The translations under genes were made by a program, and so were the position numbers. Source: Chrysomallon squamiferum (lineage: Eukaryota > Animalia > Mollusca). From it: a stretch of 64,000 bases of DNA. Below are positions 45,083-60,482 of this stretch, one piece after another. Below the pieces are notes generated by a model that saw only the letters and a program-made list of their open reading frames with translations, did not search any database and had not been told where the DNA came from. The stretch lies in NCBI GenBank assembly GCA_012295275.1, contig CM022674.1:15686001-15750000 (forward strand), read 5' to 3'. Position 1 is the stretch's first letter. The number at the start of each line of letters is the position of its first letter.

Positions 45083-45607
45083 AAGAAGAAGAAGAAGAAC
45101 AAATACAACAGCAAATACAACAACAACAACAGCAACAATAAGAACAGTAAATAAATTACAAATAAAAGAACATGGTTTTATTGAAAGTATATATTTGGTT
45201 TGAAGATTACAGATAGCAAAGATCTGAATTTTTTAAAGAAACAAATTTGTTCTTAATGCTGATAGGTACATGCAGATTGCATGTAGATAAATATTTGAAT
45301 TTATTTTCATTAGATTTATAAGCATGTACAAACTTCATTATTATGTTCAATGAAAAATGTATTTGTTTTTACTGAATACAGATACAGACACATTTCCTTT
45401 TCATAATATTAAAAACAAAAATAAAATTATGAATTTTATAAACAATTCTGTATTTTTAATCAAAATTAATTATTTTTGTTGCATACAGATCTGTACATAT
45501 TTCATGTTAAATACTAAAATTAGTTTTTGCTTGATATATGTAGAGGTAAATCTCATCTTTCTAAACAAAATAATGTTTCAGTTGTATTTGAATTAAGAAA
45601 CATTTAT

Positions 45608-45954
45608 TCACTATATTCATAAATTAATTATTAGAATTTATTCTTACTGAATATAGAGGTAAAAAAGATCTTATATTTGTGAATATTTGAATTTATGGTC
45701 TTTCAGATTGCTATATATGCAAATTTAATATTTGTAAATAAAAATAATTTGCTTTTAATGTATATAAATACTTGCAAATATCATTTTTAAATAATAAGAA
45801 TTAATTTTTAATGTGTACATGTTTGATTTATAAATATATATAAAAATAGTTTTATTGCATTTGATAGATACTGGTCTTATATTTATAAGCATAACAACAT
45901 ACTTTTATTTTCAGGGTATATAATTTACAAAATTTCATATTTATAAACATTGGT

Positions 45955-46007
<53 letters not shown>

Positions 46008-47365
46008 ACACACTACCATCAGAAGTAACATTTAAACAAAAATGACTTTGATGTAAATAAAAAGAGTAACATTAATTTATTTATATATTTATTTAAACAA
46101 TTTTTTTTTTTTTTAGATCAGTGCAACAAAGGAAAACAATAATTAAGTTAATTTGTGATGCAACGAGAAAAGAACCTGATGATGGTTTGTTTAAAATTAT
46201 TGAAGATTCTGGTGTTGGAAATGTGCTATGTAATTTTAAATGTAAAATTTGGGAAGTTCATATAAAGTATTTCAAAAATAGGTCCAGTGTTAATTTTAAA
46301 AATCAAAAATAATAATTGTAAATTTTGGAATTTGAAAACAGGAATTTTTGGCACTCTTTGTAAGGTTAGTAATTTTAAAATATGGGATTTTAAAAATGTG
46401 CATTCATTAGGTAGTATAAACTAAAATATATTTTTCATCTTCTCCATTTTTTTTTGCTTCACATGTAAGCTTTGTTGAAAATATAATAACATTCTGTCCA
46501 TTTCTTCATGGTTTGTTCACTATATTCATAAATTAATTATTAGAATTTATTTTTACTGAGTATAGAGGCAAAAAAGATGTTATTTTCTGAATATTTGAAT
46601 TTATGGTTTTCAGATTGCATATATGCATAATTTAATGTTTGTCAAGAATAATTTGCTTTTAATGTATATAAATACTCTGCAGATATCATTTTAATAATAA
46701 GAATTAATTTTAATAATATGTTTTGATTTATAAATATATATAAAAACAGTTTTGTTGCATTCGATAGATACCGGTCTGATATTTATAAGCATACTTTATT
46801 TTCAGGGTATATGTTACAAAGTACTCATATTTATAAACATTAGTGACACACAAACATACACACACACGATATCAAAAGTAACATTTAAACAAAAATGACT
46901 TTGATGTAAATAAAAATAATAACACACTTATTTATATATTTTAAACAAATTATTTTTTTTTACAGCTGCAAGTTAATTTGTGATGCAAGGAGAAAAGAGC
47001 CTGATGGTATTTGTTTAAAATTGTTTAAAATTAAAGATTCCGGTGTTGAAATGTGGTATGTAATTTTAAATGTAAAAATTTGGGGAAGTTCACATAAAAG
47101 CATTTTAAAAAATAGCAGTGTTAATATTAAAAAATCAAAAATAATAATTTAAATTTTGGACCTGAAAACACGAAATTTAAGCACCTTTGTAAGGTTGGGA
47201 ATTTTAAAATATGGATTTTTAAAATGTGCATTCATTTTGTAGTATAAACTAAAAGACATTTTTTTTTCCATTTTGTTAATTAAAAGCTTTGTTGAAAAAT
47301 ATATTTAATTTTGTGTCCATTTTTCATTTATTTTACTGGATGCATTTTTCAAATATATTTGTTTG
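45608..47365 (+). repeat. ~900-bp tandem duplication (45608-46515 / 46516-47365); the second copy is indel-rich and holds a broken copy of exon 46117-46225
   Basis: tcactatattcataaattaattattagaatttatt starts both copies; broken exon at ~46965-47055. Confidence 0.85.
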
Positions 47366-48644
47366 AAAAAAACAAAAAATAACCAGACAAGGCGTGCAGT
47401 AATCAGGAGAAAACTTTAAAAAAAAAACCTAAAAAGCTCCTTTCACAAAAAAATATAGAGAAAATAAAAGAAAAGAAAGACACAGAAAAGGAAAAGAAGG
47501 AAAGAAAGAAAAGAAAGAAAGAAAATGAAAAGAAAACAAACATAAATATAAAAGAAAAGAAAGAAAAAAAAAAAAAGATATCTTCTAGGACATGAACACG
47601 AACATAACTTTTCAATATCTTGGAGCACATTTGTAGAAAAATATTTTCTAAATGAAATACTTGAATAATAGCTGAACAACTCATCACATATATAACTAAA
47701 ATGATAATTTATGCTCTTTTGTTGTTGTTATTGTTGTTGTTTTTGTAATTTGCAGGGTTCTTTTTCAAGTCTGCCATTAATCACATTTCACCAGATTTGA
47801 AAACTTCAATACATTTAATTTGAACATTTTAAAAGTTTTAGTAAAAATAAAAGAATAATAATAAAAAATAAAAAATAAAACAGTTAAAAAACAACAAATA
47901 AAAAAACAAAAACAATACAAATATACACAAACAACAACACAAATAAAGCAATTAATTGTTTTATTTTTACTGATGTTCTAATCATGTGATGAATTTTAAG
48001 TTGTCTCCATAACCAACCTATTTGCATAGTAACACAATTATTTATACAAATAAATGTTATAACACTTGGTACATCATACAACATTCATTAAACCTCACTG
48101 CAGAGTTATATTTCTTTACACCTTATTATGTAGCTTTACAGTGCTCACTATACAGAGTAATCGTTTACATTCAATATGTAGATAACAAGTTCAGATAATA
48201 ATTTAATAGTGTCAGTAATGTTATCTTAATCTAGTGTATTAGTTACACTCATAACAACATAATTGTGTATACTTTTACCTCAGCTTAAAGTGCAAATGGG
48301 GTAATTGTACATTAAATGAATTACCTGGTGTTGATGTATTTTAAAAATAAATTTATGTGTGTGTCTGTATTAAATAAAATCTATATCTATCTATCTGTCT
48401 ATCTGACTGTCTATATCTGCCCAGCTATTTGTCTCTTAGTATACACATATATTTATGTTTTCTATCTTTCTATCTATATATAGACATAGATGTAGATTGT
48501 TTTGTATATATATATGTGGAAGTATGTGGTTATTTGTTTTTAGTTAGGATTTTGTATTTAATGTTTTATGTGCAGATATTTGCTTTTTTAGCAGGCTTGG
48601 TCATTAATGTAGGTTTGTTACAGCTTGCCTCCTGTCAGCTTATT

Positions 48645-51600
48645 TGTAACTAAAGTTTATTTTATCCCCTAGCCAGGTTAGTACCAAACAATAGGCTGGT
48701 AACTTGTGTCATTGTGGTGATTGTTTCATTCAGCTTACACTGTATTAACACACGTTACTTGCCTTGCGCGTTAACTATTGTTTCAAACTCCTCTCCCAAG
48801 CCATCAGGGAATAAACAACCTGGCTCAAGTGTTCAGGTTTATTTCTCCCTGCTAAGATTATACTGTCCAGGCCAGATTTCATTTTAAAGGTGGAACTGAA
48901 TTTATTATTTGGATGTGGATATTATCTGAAAGGTTAGTCTGTATTTTGCTTTATTTAATATATGTATGTTTTGTATACATACTTGTTTAATTACTTTAGG
49001 AATATATAAAGTAATTATTATTTATATTGGATATATGGATTAAATTACATTGAATAAACATTTGTTCAAGATAACTATTAAAGAAAACATATACAATCTG
49101 AATGAAATGTCAATTGTGTATATGTATTTTGTATGTATATTTTTTATGTGTGTGTGTACATGTTTTTGGTGCATCGTGGTTGGCGATATGTGTGTGTTAA
49201 TTAATTGTGTAATTGTCAGTAGTTTCTTTTTATATGTCTTGTATTTGATTTGTAGGTGTCCTGTTCTCGTTCAGTGTACTGGAGAATCCAGTTTCTTACA
49301 CCCAGGTGTCATCTACCTGGTATGAGTTTTATGTATTATGTTTGTCAAATATCAGTTTGTCATGTATAACTGTGGTATATGACTAGTTGTATTTGTCATG
49401 TTAATCAAGTGTATTTATTACATGTATTTGCTTTATGTTATCAAATGCTTTTATAGTTTGGCATTAAATACTCAGGATTTTAAAGCAAGATAATTCAATT
49501 TACATTATTTTCATGATGAGATGAATAGTATTATAGATATACATTTGCTTAAATTGTGATATAAATGTTATATATATACATAAATTATTCTATAACTTGA
49601 TGCTATATGTACTCTATGATGTGATATTTATTGTTGTTTTGTGTTCTCTTAGGGTGTTTTTCCTTGTCTTCATTTTTTTTGTGTGACATCAGATAAATGG
49701 TCTGAACCCACCCGTAGCTGTTACGTTCTACTTCCTGTGTTCTGGAAAACGTAAAAAAAAAAAAATCTGGTACTGCTACATTTGGAGCCGACGTAGGGAC
49801 TGACAAACAAGACAAAGGATGGACACACAACCAATGGATGGCAGAGGGTGTATGTATCGACGACAGTGTTACTAACTCCACCTATGAACTTCCTCCCTAG
49901 TGTATGACGTCATCAGATGTTTCGTGAGCTTCTCTGATTTTATTTGTGTGTGTGGTTTTGTTTTTTTGTAATTCCACTTGGACATTTTAACTTAGAACTA
50001 AAATAATGCAATGAGAAATGGTTATATTATGTATAACGCCATGACATTGCTTTGAAAAGCCAATTTAGTTATCAGAAAACAAACAACAGATCTTATTTAT
50101 TTATTTCTTTTTCTTTTTCTTCTGTGGACATTTTGTTTTTAAGTTGTTTTCATATACGTTGAAAAAAAAAAAAAGCAAATGATGTATCGATACAAATTTG
50201 TAATTGAGTACCTTTTCACTGTGTGAATCTATTTAATTATTTAATTTAATTTATTTATTTTAATTTTTTCACTTACCTGTGATGAAAAGAGTCAATACCT
50301 GAACTTGAATACCTTGTATTTGTTTTTTTTGAAGATTTTTTTTGTGTAGTTGTTATATTCTTACCTTAATATCTTCTATAACTTATAAAGATAGTATTAC
50401 AGTATATACTTACCTTCAACCATGTCTGATCCTAAAATGGCGGAATTAAGTGCGGAAGAGAGTGCAGTTAATTTCGTCATTTAACAGTTACATGTCAACC
50501 CTAAGGCTGATACTCAGAAGATTTGGTTGGCTGGATGACTCAGTTTACTAAAGGAGCTGTCAAAAAGGAAGATGAAGGAGCTGCCAAATATTCACCTTTA
50601 CAGCCTACTCTGCCTTCGTCACTGACTTTTTAACACAGCCACCTCGGCTTCCTTTCTTCTCAGGTGACGGAAAGGTGATGTTGATTTTGATCAATGGAAA
50701 CATGAATTGGAATGTTTGACTAATACCCATGGTACATCTGTCCTGTCTGAAGCTATTAGGCGTTCGCTTCGCGGTAAAGCTGCTCGCGTTGCAATGGATA
50801 TAGATAAAGATGCGCCTATTGAAAGACTAATAGAAACTTGATAGTGTTCTTGGAAGTAAAAAGTGGGTCATGCTATTATGGCTGCCTTTTACACAGCTAA
50901 ATAAAGTGACGATGAAAGTGTAGCTGACTGGGCATGCCGGCAGAAGATATTTTGTGCAAGGCTGTTGCTGCAGGGAAAGTGAATCAATCTGAAACTGAAG
51001 CAATATTTACGTAATATGTTTTGGACAGGGCTTCGACCTGAACTAAAAGATTTATCAGGACACAAGTTTTGAAAAGGATGACACTTTTGAAGATTTTATT
51101 AAAAGTTATAAGACAAAGTAGAAGAAGAATTGCAACAGAGAAAGAAAATAATTGAATCAAAGGGCAGACTATTCCTGGAAGGCTGCGGTTTCTCAAAGAG
51201 AATTCCGATATTCAGGAAATTCGAGATATACTCAAACAGATGTCAGCAGAGTTGAGTTCTCTGAAGCAGCGTCAGACAGCCACTGGTCAAAACAAGGCAT
51301 CAGGCAGATATCAAATCTGTTCCAAAATGAATTCTGCATCATCTTCTTTTCAGAGTAATGAACCGGTCTGTTTTCGTTGTGGTCAGCCAGGGCACATAAA
51401 GAAGGGATGTAGGGTTAAATTACCCCACCAGACAGGTAAACCTTTGGCTGGAGACCGCCTATGGCGAAGGGCAACCCATAGGTACACATGGAGTCAAGCC
51501 CATATTTCAAAACCAGCAAATAACAGAAATGGTTGGTGATCCAAATGAAAGTTCTATACTTGTCCAATGGTATTTCTACTAAAAGCTCTGTAGAGATACT

Positions 51601-54600
51601 GGTTCTACAGTTCAACAATTTCTGAAGGTTTTTATAACAAGCATTTTCTGATACACCTCTCAAGTCTCTTGATACTATTTTAAACGTTGAATGTGCCGAT
51701 GGTAAGCTTTTACCGTATCATGGGTATATTGAAGTTGAACTGCAAGGGACAGACAGTATTTCCTCTCCTTTGCTTAGCATTTTGTTAGTTGTACCAAATA
51801 GTAAGTACAATTCTTCTGTCCCATTACTTCTTGGTACTAACGTTCTCTCTCATTTTATGAATCAGTGCAAAGAAACACATGGTAACAGATTTCTACAAAA
51901 AGCTAATCTTCATACCCCTTGGTATCTGTCTTTTTAGATGTTTAACATTACAGCAAAAGAATTGGGAGAAACCATTTTATTCTTGGTAAGGTGAAGAGTG
52001 CAGAATGCAAAGAGTGGTGATTCCTGCCAACAGTGAAATCACGCTGCGTAGTGTTGTTGATAAACCTCTTCCCTATAGATGTACTTGGGCTATGACTGCA
52101 CCAACCAAGGGTTCCGTTATTCCGGATGACTTAGACATCGCTCCAAGTTTATTCAGCTACAAGTATGACAATAAAAAGAAATTGTTTGAGTTAGACATTC
52201 ACATTTCAATGTGACAACTCGTGCAATATCCGTTCCCTCGTGCCATTATTTGTGAAATACAAGCTGTTGAAATTGAAGATATTCCTGAGATGAAAGAGAC
52301 AACAACTTCAAAGATTTTCTGTTTTAGATATGTTGAATTTTGGAGATTGTTGTTTAGTACCCTGAAAAAGAATTAGAACAGGAAAACAGGTCATTTCTTC
52401 TTTTCAGATATTTTCTCAACAGGTGATCTAGATGTAGGTCATACCACTGCGGTACACCATCGAATTGAGTTAGACGATGAAACGCCCTTTAAGCAGCGAC
52501 ATGGACGTATACCACCCGCAATGTACCAGGAGGTCAAGGATCATTTACAACAGTTGTTGGCCGGTGGCATCATTAGACATTCTCATTCTCCTTGGTCTTC
52601 AAACGTGGTATTAGCTCATAAGAAAAATGGTAAACTCAGGATGTGTGTAGATTATAGACAGCTGAATTCGAAAACCGTTAAAGATTCTTACTCTCTTCCA
52701 AGAATTGAGATGTTTGATGCTGTGACAGGTGCAAAATATTTTTCAACTTTAGACATGAAGAGTGGATACCACCAGGTTAAAATTGAAGAAAACCACAAGG
52801 AAAAGAACTGCATTTACTGTTGGACCTTTAGGATTTTACGAATACAATCGTATGCCCTTTGGGTTATGCAACAGTCAGCAACATATCAACGGTTGATGAA
52901 TGATACCTTTGAGGGACTTCATCTCAAGTCATGTTTGATTTATTTGGATGATATTTTAATATTTTTCCAAAACGTATGATGAACATCTTGATCGCTTGTC
53001 CCAAGTATTTCAGCGAGTTCGAGAATCAGGTTTGAAGCTGACAGCAGAGAAGTGTTCCTTTTCAAAAACAAAATAAATTTTTCTTGGACATGTAATTTCT
53101 GAGGCTGGGATAGAAGCCGATCCTGATAAAGTTGAGAAGATTATTAATTGGCCAAAGCCAACTAACCCTAATGAGGTTAGGCAATTTTTGGGGTTCGCTG
53201 GCTATTATAGAAAATTTGTTAAGGATTTTGCAAAGGTAGCTAGACCTTTGACATCCTTAATGCCTCACACCAGGCCACAATCCAAGAAGAACGAACCCCT
53301 GGAAACCTTGGACATGGGGACCCAGTCAAGAGGTAGCTTTTCAGCAACTGAAAAGAAATCTTATCTTCGCCTCCCATTCTTGGGTATCCTGATTACAGTA
53401 AACCGTTTGAATTGCACATTGATGCAAGTTCACATAGCCTTGGTGCTGTGCTTTTTATCAAAGAAAATGACGGGATGAAGCATGTCATTAGCTATGCCAG
53501 TAGAAGTCTCAGTAAGTCTGAAGCCAATTATTCAGCTCATCGGTTAGAATTTTCTTGCTTTAAAATGGGCTATAAGTGAAATATCATGAATATGTGTGGA
53601 AACAAGTTTACGGTGCTGACCGATAACAACCCCGCTAACATATGTACTCACATCGGCAAAGTTGGATGCCACGGGTCACAGATGGCTAGCAGCACTTGCA
53701 TCATACGATTTTAACATCTTTTTACCGACCTGGGTTAAACAACGCTGATGCTCATTCTTTATCCAGACTACCTGGTTCATCAGAACATACCGAAATATCG
53801 GCAGACACAGTTAGAGCTGTATGTGGTGTTTTGAATGCTCAACCGTTTGTAGAAGCATTAAGCACTTCTGCAGAAGTGGTCGATTCTGTTCTGGATGATG
53901 GACAGAACATCAGTGGAATGTCTGACAGAGACTGGAGGAAAGCCCAAGCTGCTGATACAATCTTGCATCCATGGATGGAGCTTGTACGAAGGAAGAAGAA
54001 ACCTCGTCGACAAGATTTTCCTTCTACCCCAGTGAATAATGCCTATTTCAGAGCTTTTGATAGTTTTGTTTTGTGAAGGTATTTTGCATCGCCAGGTGAA
54101 GATCGATGGTCAGATTCGATATCAACTTGTTTTACCATCTAAATATGTTCATGATGTTCTCCATGGTTTACACAATGATGTTGGGCATCCTGGTCGTGAC
54201 AGGACTTTATCACTTCTTCGTGACAGATTTGATTGGCCAGGCATGGCAGCTGATGTTGAGGAATGGATTAAAAACTGTAACCGGTGTGTACGGCGGAAAT
54301 CATTAGCTAATGCTCGTGCTCCGCTTATTAATATCACCACCACTCAACCCCTGGAGTTAATTTGTATGGACTTTCTTACTTTGGAAACCTCAAAGGGAGG
54401 TTATCAACATATTTTAATAATCACTGATCATTTCACCAGGTACGTGCAAGCTATACCTACTAGAAATATGACAGCAAAGACTACAGCAGAGGCCTTCTAC
54501 AACAACTTTGTGATACACTATGGTATTCCTCTACGAATACATAGTGATCAGGGAAGCGAACTTGAAAGTCGTTTGATGAAAGAACTTTGCATAATTTTGG

Positions 54601-55372
54601 GAATGGACAAATCAAGAACTACCCCATACCATCAATGGGTAATGGCATGTGCGAGAGATTTAATCGTACATTGCTTGATATGCTTAGGACTCTTAATCCT
54701 GATCAAAGAAGGACTGGAAAACATATGTTGGACCTCTAGTTTCATGCCTATAACTGCATCAGGCATGATTCAACTGGATATTCACCGTTCTTCTTAATGT
54801 TCGGACGAGAGCCCCGATTGCCCATTGATCTTGCCTTTGGAATTGATTTGAACAGGGGTAATGACTCACTGCTGACATATGTCAAATCTTTAAAGGAGAA
54901 AATTAAACATTCTATGAATTGGCATCAAAAGCAATAAAGTTAGCTCAACAACGACAAACGACTGGCTATGACCTGAAGGTTAGGGGCGCAACCTTAGAGG
55001 GAAGGTGATCGTGTCTTAGTCAAGACATTGGCTTTCGAGGGGTAAGCATAAACTTGCAGATCGATGGGAAGAATTTCCATACCTCATCCTTTCACAGCCG
55101 AACAAAGGATATCCCGGTGTTCGTTGTACAGAGGAAGATGGTGAGGAAGGACAAGGACCTTACATCGAAATCATCTTCTTCCAATAGGGTCCCTTCTTCC
55201 TGATAAGGAAGAAAAAGCCTAAACCGAAACCCAGGAGGAAACTGCTTCATTCAAATCCTACACCAGAGAAACAAGATTTGGAGGAAACACAGTCGGAGAT
55301 AGAAGGATCTTGATATATTTTCCACAGCAGACGATGGTCTTATATCCATCCCTGAAGTTACTGTTGGAGAAA
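48645..55372 (+). mobile_element. Ty3/Gypsy LTR retrotransposon, degenerate and 3'-truncated: 5' LTR ~48645-49780, PBS 49781-49799, gag from 50422, pol ~51530-55310
   Basis: TGTAAC...GCTACA followed by tttggagccgacgtaggga; zinc knuckle CFRCGQPGHIKKGC (51369-51410); protease DTGS near 51595; RT LRMCVDYRQLN, LDMKSGYHQ, YLDD; RNase H; integrase GHPGRDRT, CNRC, DFL, TDHF, SDQG. Order is PR-RT-RH-IN. Many 1-nt frameshifts; no 3' LTR. Confidence 0.93.
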
Positions 55373-56425
55373 AGCATTGTTTGATTCACAGAAATGTAAG
55401 AACCCACATATAAGTTGATGCTTGAATGTTATCAGTGATTTATGCATTGTTATATTTTACTTTACATACTTAACCTATATAACTGAATCAGCAAATAAAT
55501 AGACAAGTTTTCATATCCTCAGTCTCTTAGGAATTTTTCTGCTTTCTTCAAAGTAAAAATAATGGAAGATATTGAGCTTTGTATTTTAAAATGTGTAAAT
55601 TATGTGATTTGAAGAATAAAAAAATGTAAGTAGAAATATGATTGTACAAAATTTGTTTTTGAAATTTATATCAATTGTTACAGAGATATCTGTTGTTAGA
55701 AATGTAAAACATACAATATATTCTGAAATTTTAGGTTAGACGTTTTATAATATAAATTTAGAGTTTGTCAGATAACAAGCATGACTGTAGCAGCAAATTA
55801 TTATTATATATATTTTTTTAAATATACTAATGAGACTGCCATGTAATTAGTAATTAATTAATAATTTAAATAAATTTTACAAGACTGTTGGATGACAAGC
55901 ATCAGTGTAACTGCAGAATACACTAATGAGAATGCCATCTAATTAACAGTACTTGATAATTTAAATTTTTTGCAGAAAGGTCAGAAAACCACAAGAGCAG
56001 TGATATGTTTATTATGTTTGGTGCTATTCTTAGCTTCTTGTTCATGGCGTTAATTATCAGATTCTTGTGTTACCTCAGTAGAACACACCTACCATTCTAC
56101 TACAAACTTCCAGGTGAGATTTTCAGAGTTCTGCATTTAAAATATTCATTTAGTGACATTAAGAACTGTTCTAAATAGAGTCCGTATTCTTCTGAGTTAC
56201 ATTTTGTAAATATTTTTGGCTTCCAATCTTTATTAATAATAACATTTAACAAATGTACCTTAGGTGATACAAAGAACTACTCTGTATGTTATCTGTATAG
56301 TTCTGAGTTTTACATTTAATTTTGGTTTTGTAGCTTCCAATCTTTATTAATAATAAAGTAGATTAAACAATAGAATGCAATTTAAAAATACCTGATCACC
56401 AACATTTTTCTATAGTTGCGACATC

Positions 56426-56469
<44 letters not shown>

Positions 56470-57198
56470 GTTTAAGAAGTCACATATTTGCTGTTTCAGT
56501 TACTGGAAAAATGAGAGGGTTTTCACACCATTCCCCCAATGATGACATTTATGACAGACGCCTAACAGCCCCATCACTGATGTCTGTTAGGTACCGGGAT
56601 TATGAACCAGGATGGAAAGTGTCCAAGAAAAGTCAGCTGCCTGTTTTAGAGAATGCTGTTATGTCTATTGACACGATTAAAATGAGACAGAGGTGAGCTA
56701 CTGCCATGGTGAATTTACAAATGCAGATATAGGATTCGTATTTTTATTTCTTTTCCTTTTTAATTATTTTTTTACATACATATATATATTTTATTTATAT
56801 TTATTAATTAGATATTTAAGGAAACATTTTTTGATTAAAGTTGTGGATTAGTAAAGATTTTCTCTCAATCAAATTTTGATCAGCCTTTGCACCATTTTCA
56901 ACTTGAAATCATGTGAGGTATTTTACATAGTACATTCCTTAAGAATGAAAAACATATCTTTATGATGTCACACATATCTTTATGATGTCATACGTGTCAT
57001 GATTCAGACTGGGAGGTGGCAGTTTTGGAGACACTCATGTAGCAGAATGGCACGACATGACTGTGGCACTGAAACGATTAACAATAAATATCCATGACAA
57101 CCAGGTGACTGATGACATCATAGAGCTGATGAAGAAAGAAGTTTGGTTTCTCAGGTGAGATAAAAAAAAAAGGGAATGATATGAATAGAGCGAGAGAT

Positions 57199-57320
<122 letters not shown>

Positions 57321-59754
57321 ATAAAACTACATACACTTCACAAAAGTATCTTATTACTACATTATTACTGAATATTATGAATATAATAACTTCCATATGA
57401 AAGGAATTAATATTCACTTTCAAAAGATTCTTTCCATTGCTTCATACAATTAACTTAGATTTGTTTTGTCTTTTGGGCCATAATGTCATAAAAACATTGT
57501 TGTGGTGCTGGGACTGTGCACTGATGGCAGACATCCGTGTATCATCACTGAATTTGTGAATGGCAGCTGCATAAAAGATTTTCTTAAAATGAGAGACTTC
57601 AAGCTACTATGGCCGCACTGAGTCAAAATTGTACGTCTGCAAAATATTAAAAATGTATGTCTAGCACCAGGAATAATTAATTTAAAGTCATTTTTCGAAA
57701 ATCTAAATAATTGTTTATTCACTACCTAAGCTTAAGTCTATGAAATGAATGTTTAAATAGAGGTGATAACTCTTTGCTAATAATAAAGTATAAAAGAAGC
57801 TGCAATGAAGATTTTTTTTTCTACAAAGAGATATACAAAATAGGTTTTGCCATTTTACAGTGATTTATGTAATCTTCTAAAAACAAATTTATCACTGCCT
57901 TGACAAATATTATTATTTTTTTTGTTATGCTTTATAACTAACAAATACTGTTTTAAAAATAAATCACAAAAAAACCAGTAACAGATTTTTATTCCTATAA
58001 TCCTGATTTATCAGTGATTTATAACAGATTTCTAAAACTGTTCTGACAGTAGACTGCAAAATATTACAGCTGTTAACAAATCAATGATATTTTAGAAACA
58101 TTTAAACTTCAAAACTAAAGACAGCTTTTGTTGACTGAACATGAAGGCTGTTGAATGTGGCTGTGTTAAATTAAATGTTTGCTGTTTTATTTTGCAGTGT
58201 TCTGATGTAGCCAATGGCATAGCCTTTCTTCATTCGACAAAACCTCCGATCATTCATCGAGATCTCTGCTGTGGAAACCTCTTTCTTCTCCACAATGATA
58301 CTGCTAAGGTATCAAAACTAATTATTGTTATTATTATTATTATTATTATTTTTTTTTTAATCCCGGTTGTTTAAAGACACAGCTACGGTATCGAAAGTAA
58401 TTTTTTTATTTTTTTATTCTCAATTATTTGAAGATAAAGAATCAGTAAACAATAACACATTTTAGTTGTTAGAGGTAAAGCTCTCATATGGAATGCATTA
58501 ATGACTGGTCCCTGTTAGTAGTAGCTCTTTTGGGGCATTTTCCCAATCCAACCAATTCTGTTTCCAGGTCAGACAGTGCTCTGTTATTGTTGGATCATAG
58601 GCCAAGTAGTTTTAGTGAAAGTGCAGATAAAAGATCCCTCGTAATTTATTTCCAGCAATTAAATAAAATAAAATAAAATAAAATAAAATATAAGAAAATA
58701 TTAATAAAAATAAGAAAACAAATAAATAAAAAAATAAAAAATCAGTTTTCTGTTTAAAAGAGATGTGGAGAATTTTAAAAGAATTATTATTTTTAATATT
58801 CATTCTAACTTTTTACATTCCATTCAAAGATCTGTTAAAGCACGCTTGGGGTGGTCAACTATAATATTTTGTTTTTCTTCTGTCAAAGAGTTTTTTAATT
58901 CATGGTTATCATGAACACAATCTCTTACTTTTTTTTTTAATTGATTTACTTATTATTTTCTTAAGAGGTTTGTTTCAAATAAGGTTCTTGTAGGCTATGC
59001 TTCAGATTTTTAAAGACAAATTTGGTGAATTATAAATAAATTTTAATGTTTATAAAATTTCAGGTTGCTGATTTTGGGCTGACAAAAATGATACAGCCAC
59101 TAAGACAGAACTGTACAAAGGAAGACTGCTGCTGTGAGTTTTACCCACAATTCCTTGTAACAAAAATGTCAGACATTATTGTTATGAACAAGAGTCAGTA
59201 ACTGAACAATAAATAGAAAGCATTGAATTTGTATCAGTCTGTTCTCATTTCTCTGAGAAAAACATGGATGTAGAAGACCAAGATTTTATTTCAAAAGGAA
59301 AATAAAATTTTAACTTGGTATTGGTGAATCTTTATGTGAATATTTTAATACAAAAATGAGAGATTTAATATAAAAATAAAATTTTTATTCATATAGTGAT
59401 TACATATATAAAGTACTGATAATGATAATAAATAAATAAACTAATAAATAAATTAAAAACTAAATAAAGAAAATGTATTTTTATACTTTATCCATAATGT
59501 CTTTTAAGAACTATGGCAGACAATATTATGTGTTTTTCTTGGCAGAATTATCTCCCATTAGCAAAGCTGTAGACTGATATAAAACCATTTAAAATGTTCT
59601 GTTGTTAATGTGTTCTAGTAGTTTATTAATATAATTCAATAAGGGTACATATTTGAACATTAATGTTTGTATGTATAAATATGAGAGTATAACTGCATAT
59701 GTTAATGTATGTATAGTTTTTGTATACATGTGTATGTGTATATGTGAGTTTGTT

Positions 59755-59809
<55 letters not shown>

Positions 59810-60289
59810 GTCCATTTATGTTTAAGTAGGTGTGTATGTGTTTATGTGTATGTGTGTATGTGTGTGTGTCTGTGTGTGTGTGTGTATATATATATGTCTG
59901 TTTCCATTTCTTTATGGAAAACATGGATGTAGAACATATGTGTCTGTGTATGTACGTACGTATATAATCTTAAAATATTCATTTAAAAATAAAAATAAAA
60001 TAAACATAAAATTTAATCTCAACAGCTATTAAGTTTTAGAATAGTTACTAAATGGACTGTACAAAGACACAGGTAACTTTACAGGTCGTCGTAACTACAG
60101 TGCATGTCCAGCCAACATTCGCTGGACAGCTCCAGAAATACTGCAGAACCCCACTGTACTCGAGTATGACGCAGTGATCACAACGGCAGCCGATGTTTAC
60201 TCGTTTGGACTTGTAATGTGGGAGCTGTTTGTCTGTGAAGACCCATTTGAAGACATCGTCACCGAGGAAGAGGTAGTTTGATGTGATTT

Positions 60290-60449
60290 GTGTGTGTGCG
60301 TGTGTGTTTGTGTGTGTGTGTGCATGTGTGTTTGTGTGTGTGTGTGTTTGTGTGGTGTGTGTGTGTGTGTGAGTGTGTGCTTGTGTGGAGTGTGTGTGTG
60401 TGTGTGTGTTTGTGTGAATTCAAGCCGCGTGTGTGTGTGCGTGTGTGTT

Positions 60450-60482
<33 letters not shown>
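60290..60482. repeat. (TG)n compound microsatellite in a kinase intron
   Basis: Direct reading. Confidence 0.95.
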
